64,000 nucleotides of DNA from an uncultured Gammaproteobacteria bacterium (GTDB lineage Bacteria; Patescibacteriota; Patescibacteriia; JAHIZJ01), in the NCBI GenBank assembly GCA_964371245.1, contig CAYJKP010000003.1, positions 8,986 through 72,985 on the forward strand, given 5' to 3'. Under the pieces are notes generated by a model. That model ran no database searches and had not been told where the DNA came from. It was given only the letters and a program-made list of their open reading frames with translations. Of this stretch, positions 58,423-64,000 are shown one piece after another; position 1 is the first letter of the stretch; the number at the start of each line of letters is the position of its first letter. The position numbers and the translations under genes are program-made.

Positions 58423-59901
58423 TTATACCCGGTGTTGAGCATAGCGTAAAGCCAAACGGAAGAGTTTGACGTATTTTTTCGCCGGTATTTCCCAGGAATA
58501 ACTCTGTTGCATTCCGCGGCCGACTAAATCGCGCCAAGCATCGTCGTATTTGAAATTTACCAGGGCGCGCGTAATCGCCACCAAGAGATCACGCGAGTCG
58601 TATTTCCGGAAAACAAAGCCGTTGCCATGACGGGTTTTGGGATTAAAATCCGTGATCGTATCGACCAGGCCGCCGACCGCGTGGACAATCGGCACCGAAC
58701 CGTACCGCAAACTGATGAGTTGCCCGATCCCGCATGGTTCGAAACGCGAGGGCATGAGAAACATGTCCGAGCCGGCATAAATCTGGCTGGCCTTGGTGGT
58801 ATCAAACTGAAGGTGAGCGGCAATCTTTTTCGGATGTTTTTTTGAAATTTTTCTGAAGAAACTTTCATACCGCTTATCGCCACCGCCCACGACGACGAGC
58901 TGCAGTTCTTGGCGCATCAGCGGCTCGATGATATCCATAATAAGGTCGACCCCTTTTTGCTCAGTGATTCGGGAGACCATCCCAATGAGCGGTACCTCAA
59001 GGGTTTTTGGCAGGCCAAATAATTTTTGAAGAAACAGCTTATTTTTTATTTTTAACGGAATAGAATTAAAATCGTAATTTACTTCCAAACCCGGATCGGT
59101 GGCCGGATTGAAATCAAAATAATCAATGCCGTTGATAATACCAAAAACTCGATCCCTGCGATTGAGCAGAATACGATGTAGATCCTGCCCGAATTCTTTT
59201 GTCAGAATCTCTTGGGCGTATTGTTCCGAAACCGTGTTGATGATGTCAGCGTGCAGGATCGCCCGTTTGGCATAATTGATATGCTCAATTTCCTCGCGCT
59301 CCGAAAAGCGCGGCAAGCGAGCGTGCCCATTATCTTTCTTATCCGGCGGTACTTGCCACCAGTCATGGCCCATTTGGAAAGCTAGGTTGTGGATTGTGTA
59401 GAGCGTTGCGGTCGATCGGAACAGATCATTATCTTGAAATCGACGCTTCAAGAAATATGGAATCAAACCGGTGTGCCATTCGTGGCATTGGATAACATCG
59501 GGTTTGAAGTTTATCAGCGTTAACAGTTTTAAGGTTGCCAGATTGAACAGAAAAAAGCGTCGGTTGTCATGCCGGGAACCATAGATTTCCTTGCGACTGC
59601 CGAAGTATTGATAAAAGTCGATAAAATACACCGGCAGCCCTTTCATCAATTCACCTTCCCAGAAATTAACATGGCGAACTTCGTTCTCGTCGAGCTGGAT
59701 CGGAACGTCGGCCGCAATCTGCTTCAGATGGTTTTTGGCCGGGTCGACAAAGCCATAGAGCGGCGTAATAACAATCACCCGGTGGCCGAGGCGCCGGAGA
59801 GCTTTGGGTAGGGAACGGGCAACATCGGCCTGGCCGCCGGCCTTTGAAAAGGGGGCGACTTCGGCCGAAACACTGACTATCGATAAGGGGCGAAGAACCA
59901 T
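58423..59901 (-). CDS. glgA: second glycogen synthase (GT5)
   Basis: KAGGQADV, CHEWH, SRITEQKG, PSRFEPCGI. Confidence 0.92.
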   Translation of the reverse strand: MVLRPLSIVSVSAEVAPFSKAGGQADVARSLPKALRRLGHRVIVITPLYGFVDPAKNHLKQIAADVPIQLDENEVRHVNFWEGELMKGLPVYFIDFYQYFGSRKEIYGSRHDNRRFFLFNLATLKLLTLINFKPDVIQCHEWHTGLIPYFLKRRFQDNDLFRSTATLYTIHNLAFQMGHDWWQVPPDKKDNGHARLPRFSEREEIEHINYAKRAILHADIINTVSEQYAQEILTKEFGQDLHRILLNRRDRVFGIINGIDYFDFNPATDPGLEVNYDFNSIPLKIKNKLFLQKLFGLPKTLEVPLIGMVSRITEQKGVDLIMDIIEPLMRQELQLVVVGGGDKRYESFFRKISKKHPKKIAAHLQFDTTKASQIYAGSDMFLMPSRFEPCGIGQLISLRYGSVPIVHAVGGLVDTITDFNPKTRHGNGFVFRKYDSRDLLVAITRALVNFKYDDAWRDLVGRGMQQSYSWEIPAKKYVKLFRLALRYAQHRV

Positions 59902-59910
59902 ATGAAGTAT

Positions 59911-60399
59911 TTAGGGATGAAGTTTGTGGGTGAGAATATGTTGAGCGGCGCAATAGGCGCAGGCCACGGCGTCGGCCGCGTCGTCAGGACCGGGCAAAGT
60001 TTTTACTTTCAGAAGCAGCTTGAGAATTTTTTCAACCTGGCCTTTCGGCGCTTGGCCGTATCCAGTCACCGCTTGTTTGATCTGGAGCGGCGTCAATTCG
60101 ATGATTGGCAGAGCCGCGGTGGTGACGGTAAATGTTATCACGCCCCAGGCCTGACCAACACTGAAGGCCGTTTTCGCATTTTTAAAAAAGAATAACCGTT
60201 CGATGGCGACGTGATCAGGCTTGTGGCGTTGGAGTATTTTTTTCAGCGAGCGGTTGATAACGATCAGCCGTTGCGCAAACGGCATCGTGGCAGACGTCGT
60301 GATGCAGCCAGCGTCGATATAGCTAAGGGCTGATCCCTGTTTCCGGATGACCCCATAGCCGATTCGCGCCAGACCCGGATCAATGCCGAGAATAATCAT
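59911..60399 (-). CDS. ruvC: Holliday junction resolvase RuvC
   Basis: ILGIDPG, AIERLFF, TPLQIK, DDAADA. Confidence 0.96.
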   Translation of the reverse strand: MIILGIDPGLARIGYGVIRKQGSALSYIDAGCITTSATMPFAQRLIVINRSLKKILQRHKPDHVAIERLFFFKNAKTAFSVGQAWGVITFTVTTAALPIIELTPLQIKQAVTGYGQAPKGQVEKILKLLLKVKTLPGPDDAADAVACAYCAAQHILTHKLHP

Positions 60400-61124
60400 G
60401 GTTGATTGTTCGTATAGACGGCGTGGACGTCCTGGAGGTCCTCGAGATCACTAATGAGTTGATCGAGTTTTTCGCGCACCGCCGACTCAAGTTGCACCGG
60501 ATTTTGTGGCACAAGGACAAGTTCCGCGGCGGCCACGGGTATATGGAGTGAGAGTATTTTTTCTTGCACCGCTTTTAATTGATTTGGCGGTGTTGTAATT
60601 TCAATGCCTTCGGGATTCTCGCGGACGTCGTCTGCCCCGGCGTCAATCAGTTGAAGCTCGAGTTCGTCGCGCGGGATAGTCGGGACATCCTTCTTTGCGA
60701 TTAAGATCAGCCCGGCTGATGAAAACTGCCATTTGACGGAATTCGGCGTGCCCAGTGTGCCGCTGTGCTTACTGAAAATTGACCGTATATCATTTGAAGT
60801 ACGGTTTTTATTGTCCGTCATTGTTTCGATGACGATGGCTGCGCCGCCTGGCCCGAAACCTTCATAATAGACAAGGTCGATTACGGCATCGCTGCCTTCC
60901 CCGGCGCCGCGGGCAATCGCCCGTTCAATGCTCTGGTTTGGCATGTTTACTGCTTTGGCTCGCTCAATTGCTAAACGGAGCTTGAAATTCATCTCCGGAT
61001 TTTTGCCGCCGTCTCGAACCGCCACCGTAATCGCGTTGCTCATCTTGGTGAAAACGCCACTCCGCTTCACGTCGGCCGCGCCCTTCTGCCTTTTAATTTG
61101 TGCCCACTTAGAATGGCCAGACAT
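60396..61124 (-). CDS. yebC: YebC/PmpR-family protein
   Basis: MSGHSKWAQIK, YEGFGPGG, TDNKNRT. Confidence 0.95.
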   Translation of the reverse strand: MSGHSKWAQIKRQKGAADVKRSGVFTKMSNAITVAVRDGGKNPEMNFKLRLAIERAKAVNMPNQSIERAIARGAGEGSDAVIDLVYYEGFGPGGAAIVIETMTDNKNRTSNDIRSIFSKHSGTLGTPNSVKWQFSSAGLILIAKKDVPTIPRDELELQLIDAGADDVRENPEGIEITTPPNQLKAVQEKILSLHIPVAAAELVLVPQNPVQLESAVREKLDQLISDLEDLQDVHAVYTNNQP

Positions 61125-61233
61125 AGCCACGATTTAATCAAAAAATACAAGCGTATCACTTGCCACTATACCAAAAAATAGTCCGCTGGTCAATTTGCCT
61201 AAACCGCTAAGACCAGGTATGATTATAGGCGTT

Positions 61234-62322
61234 ATGTTGATTTCCGAACAAAAAAAATACCGCCAGCGACTCGATCATGCTCCCAGAATTGATACCAATC
61301 GCTTCCTTGAATCGATCGAGGCGTTTCCGGCACAGGCGCGCCAAGCGTGGAGTGAAGCGCGCCATGTTCATATTCCGTCCAATTACCGCACCGTAAAAAC
61401 AATCCTCGCGCTTGGCATGGGCGGATCAGGCTGGCCAGCGCGCATTGTTCGGACGCTATTTGCGAATGATCTAAAAATACCCATGACCGTGCTCGGCGAC
61501 TATCAGCTGCCGGGCTGGGTGGACAGGAATACGCTGGTTATCGTTTCAAGCTATTCCGGGACAACCGAAGAACCGCTAACAGCTGCCAAGAGCGCCCGGA
61601 CTCGAGGTTCAAAAATGATGGCGATAACTCTTGGCGGACCGCTGGTTGCCCTTGTTCAGAAGTGGCGCATACCGGCGTACGTTTTTACGGAAACATATAA
61701 TCCATCGCGTCAGCCGCGTATGGGCGCCGGCTATATGATTTTTGGGATCGCTGGGCTTCTGGCCGCTGCCGGGCAGCTTCGACTTGCTGACCGACAAATA
61801 ATTAGTGCCCTAAGCCGGACCATCCGGAAAACGCGAATCTGGCGGTCGGCAAGCCCACTTTCGAAGAATTTATCGAAGCAATGGGCGGTCCAGATGAAAG
61901 GCCGAATTCCGATTATCATGGCGAGCGAACACCTGGAAGCAACAGCGGAAGCGTTCCGAAATCGGATTAATGAAAATGCCAAGCAGTTCTCCGCTTATTA
62001 TCCTATCCCAGACCTGAATCACCACCTCCTTGAAGGGTTGGCAAATCCGACTGCGGCTCGGCGATTGCTCGGCGTATTTTTAACCTCAGATTTATATGAT
62101 CGCCGAAATCAAAAGCGTCATGAAATTACGCGGAAAGTATTTGAACACAATCGCGTACCAACGGTAATGTTCCGGGCTGGTGGGAATGATCGGGTTGAAG
62201 ACGCCTTGAACTCCCTCGCGTTCAGCGGGTACGCAACCTACTGGCTCTCGATTTTAAACCAGGTTGATGCTTCGGTAATTCCTTGGGTTGACTATTTTAA
62301 AGATAGGTTGGCGCGACGCTAA
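61234..62322 (+). CDS. bifunctional phosphoglucose/phosphomannose isomerase-like SIS protein
   Basis: GMGGSG, SSYSGTTEE, QPR, NENAK, DLNHH. Confidence 0.85.
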   Translation: MLISEQKKYRQRLDHAPRIDTNRFLESIEAFPAQARQAWSEARHVHIPSNYRTVKTILALGMGGSGWPARIVRTLFANDLKIPMTVLGDYQLPGWVDRNTLVIVSSYSGTTEEPLTAAKSARTRGSKMMAITLGGPLVALVQKWRIPAYVFTETYNPSRQPRMGAGYMIFGIAGLLAAAGQLRLADRQIISALSRTIRKTRIWRSASPLSKNLSKQWAVQMKGRIPIIMASEHLEATAEAFRNRINENAKQFSAYYPIPDLNHHLLEGLANPTAARRLLGVFLTSDLYDRRNQKRHEITRKVFEHNRVPTVMFRAGGNDRVEDALNSLAFSGYATYWLSILNQVDASVIPWVDYFKDRLARR

Positions 62323-62348
62323 GTAACCCTACCATTAATTTTCTTTTC

Positions 62349-63248
62349 ATGAGCATACGTCGCTGGATAACCGAAAACTATCGCTATCGCCAGCTCTTGT
62401 ACCTGGCGTTTTTTGTTTTGATCGCTGTCTATTGGCTGATATATTCACGCCAGATAAGTCCGAAGCTATTGTATCTTCTCGCTCTCGGCGTTGTCGCGGT
62501 CATCCCGCTGAAGGGTTGGTTGAGAGACTGGCGTCCATTTATCCTTTTGCCGCTATCGTACGGAGCCATGCAGGGCATTGGCGGCGTTTTATCGGAACAC
62601 GTCAATATTACAAATATTATCCAATGGGAAAAATCGCTATTTGGAGGCATTCAAACAATCCAGCTGCAGGAACGGTTTCATGCGAATGGATCATATGCCT
62701 GGTACGATGCGGTGTTCATGTCTTTCTACCTAACGCACTACTTTTTCCCCTACTTGGTCGCCATCTTTTTGTATTTTAAAAGGCGCGCCCTGTATCACTT
62801 GTATACCGACGGATTTGTCGTCTTGGCCGTGGCGGGTTTTTTCACCTATGTTCTTTTTCCGGCCATGCCGCCATGGATGGCCAGCGCGCAAGGCTTTCTG
62901 CCCGCCATGCCGCATTTGCTCGTTGAGGTGGCTCAACAGGCGCTGCATGTGTCCTTCCCGTCGCTTTACCAGACACTTGGGGCAAACCAGGTGGCGGCTA
63001 TGCCATCAATGCACGCCGCTTGGCCGCTATTTATCGCTCTCTGTTTGACCCTATTTTTTCGATGGAAGGGTCTTGCCTGGTTTATTATTCCAGCCATGGT
63101 TAGTTTGGCCATTGTCTATTTCGGAGAACACTACATCATTGATGTCGTGATCGGGTACCTCTACGCCCTCGCGGCGTTTGGCATAGCCGTGTGTTTCCGG
63201 CCAAAGAAAATTGAAAATCCCAGCCATGCCCCGCCAACGGTTTCCTAG
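62349..63248 (+). CDS. PAP2/AUR1-like (inositol phosphorylceramide synthase-like) membrane phosphotransferase
   Basis: FPAMPPW, AAMPSMHAAW, GEHYIIDV. Confidence 0.85.
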   Translation: MSIRRWITENYRYRQLLYLAFFVLIAVYWLIYSRQISPKLLYLLALGVVAVIPLKGWLRDWRPFILLPLSYGAMQGIGGVLSEHVNITNIIQWEKSLFGGIQTIQLQERFHANGSYAWYDAVFMSFYLTHYFFPYLVAIFLYFKRRALYHLYTDGFVVLAVAGFFTYVLFPAMPPWMASAQGFLPAMPHLLVEVAQQALHVSFPSLYQTLGANQVAAMPSMHAAWPLFIALCLTLFFRWKGLAWFIIPAMVSLAIVYFGEHYIIDVVIGYLYALAAFGIAVCFRPKKIENPSHAPPTVS

Positions 63249-64000
63249 AGCCACGCCATACTTAATTTTATTCGGCTTGGCGTTTATTTTCTTTTTTGCG
63301 CTGCAGTACAGCAATGTCCTGGCCGATCCCGATTCTTTTTATCACGCCAAGATGGCCATGCTCATGCGCGATCATGGGATAATCAGGACATTCCCTTGGC
63401 TAGGAAATTTTACGGTGCTCGGCCAGGCCTATACCGATCAACACTTTCTCTATCATATCTTTCTCATTCCGTTCGTCAGCTTCCTTCAGCCGATTATTGG
63501 TTTAAAATTAGCGACGGTCATATTGGCCAGCGCTTTCATCGTTACGTTTTACTGGCTGCTGCGGCGCTTCCGAATACGGTTTGCCTTTTTCTTTTCACTC
63601 CTGCCCCTGCTCATGGGTCCGTTTATCTTTCGGGTGAGTTTGGCAAAGGCCCCCAGCCTCTCGCTGATTTTACTTTTTCTCGGGCTCTGGATGATTATTG
63701 AGGGGCGCTGGAAATTGTTATTTATTTTTTCGTTTTTCTACGTCTGGGCGTACGGCGGCTTTTCGCTCATCGTTATGGTGAGCGGCCTCTATCTCGGCGT
63801 TGAAATCGTTCTCAATATCATTCAGAAAATACGCCGGCGCCAGCTGTCGTGGCGGCAAATGATGTATCCAAAAACCGCCTGGCTGACTTTTCTGAGCGCC
63901 GGTACGGGCGTAGCCGCCGGTTTATTAATTAATCCCTACTTCCCCCACAATATAACTTTTTATTGGTATCAGCTTTTTGAGATTGGCATCAAAAATTACC
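63226..64000 (+). CDS. polytopic membrane protein, probable GT-C glycosyltransferase (3' end outside window)
   Basis: ATG 63226; MPRQRFPRATPYLILFGLAFIFFFALQYSNVLADPDSFYHAKMA...; acidic DPD loop after the first TM; absent from the ORF track, consistent with no stop in the window. Confidence 0.7.
   Translation, partial: MPRQRFPRATPYLILFGLAFIFFFALQYSNVLADPDSFYHAKMAMLMRDHGIIRTFPWLGNFTVLGQAYTDQHFLYHIFLIPFVSFLQPIIGLKLATVILASAFIVTFYWLLRRFRIRFAFFFSLLPLLMGPFIFRVSLAKAPSLSLILLFLGLWMIIEGRWKLLFIFSFFYVWAYGGFSLIVMVSGLYLGVEIVLNIIQKIRRRQLSWRQMMYPKTAWLTFLSAGTGVAAGLLINPYFPHNITFYWYQLFEIGIKNY

Noticed and set aside
1262-63701. Numerous 60-180 aa ORFs overlapping the called genes on other frames or strands
   Set aside because: Shadow ORFs with no motifs or expression signals, inside well-supported CDSs

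Overview
Bacterial chromosome segment spanning the rpmH-dnaA-dnaN region. Gene content (CPR-type pilin, PilT/PilB, giant surface protein, paired GlgA/GH57 cluster, few Shine-Dalgarno sites) suggests Patescibacteria/CPR; this is inference. The left half holds tRNA-Lys, an AbrB regulator with a heterodimeric ABC exporter, a two-component system, two MacB/FtsX-type ABC systems, a 2874-aa Kelch/FN3 surface protein, tRNA-Glu, tsaD, valS (with an ASCH-like insert), pilB, tsaE, yidC/yidD/rnpA/rpmH, dnaA/dnaN/dciA, a class A PBP and tyrS. The right end holds a glycogen cluster, ruvC, yebC, PGI/PMI and lipid/glycan genes. The standout is 41167-51992, an atypical integron-like element. A short 272-aa tyrosine recombinase lacking the IntI-specific I2 insertion lies divergent from eight gene-bearing cassettes and one empty cassette, separated by nine non-canonical attC-like hairpins. 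Each gene-bearing cassette is bracketed by its own 18-73 bp terminal inverted repeats that extend the GTT/AAC core. Joining the two array ends rebuilds a palindromic empty site with three TATTATGC repeats at an exact 20-bp period. Product calls rest on motif recognition only; no database searches were run, so novelty is unverified.
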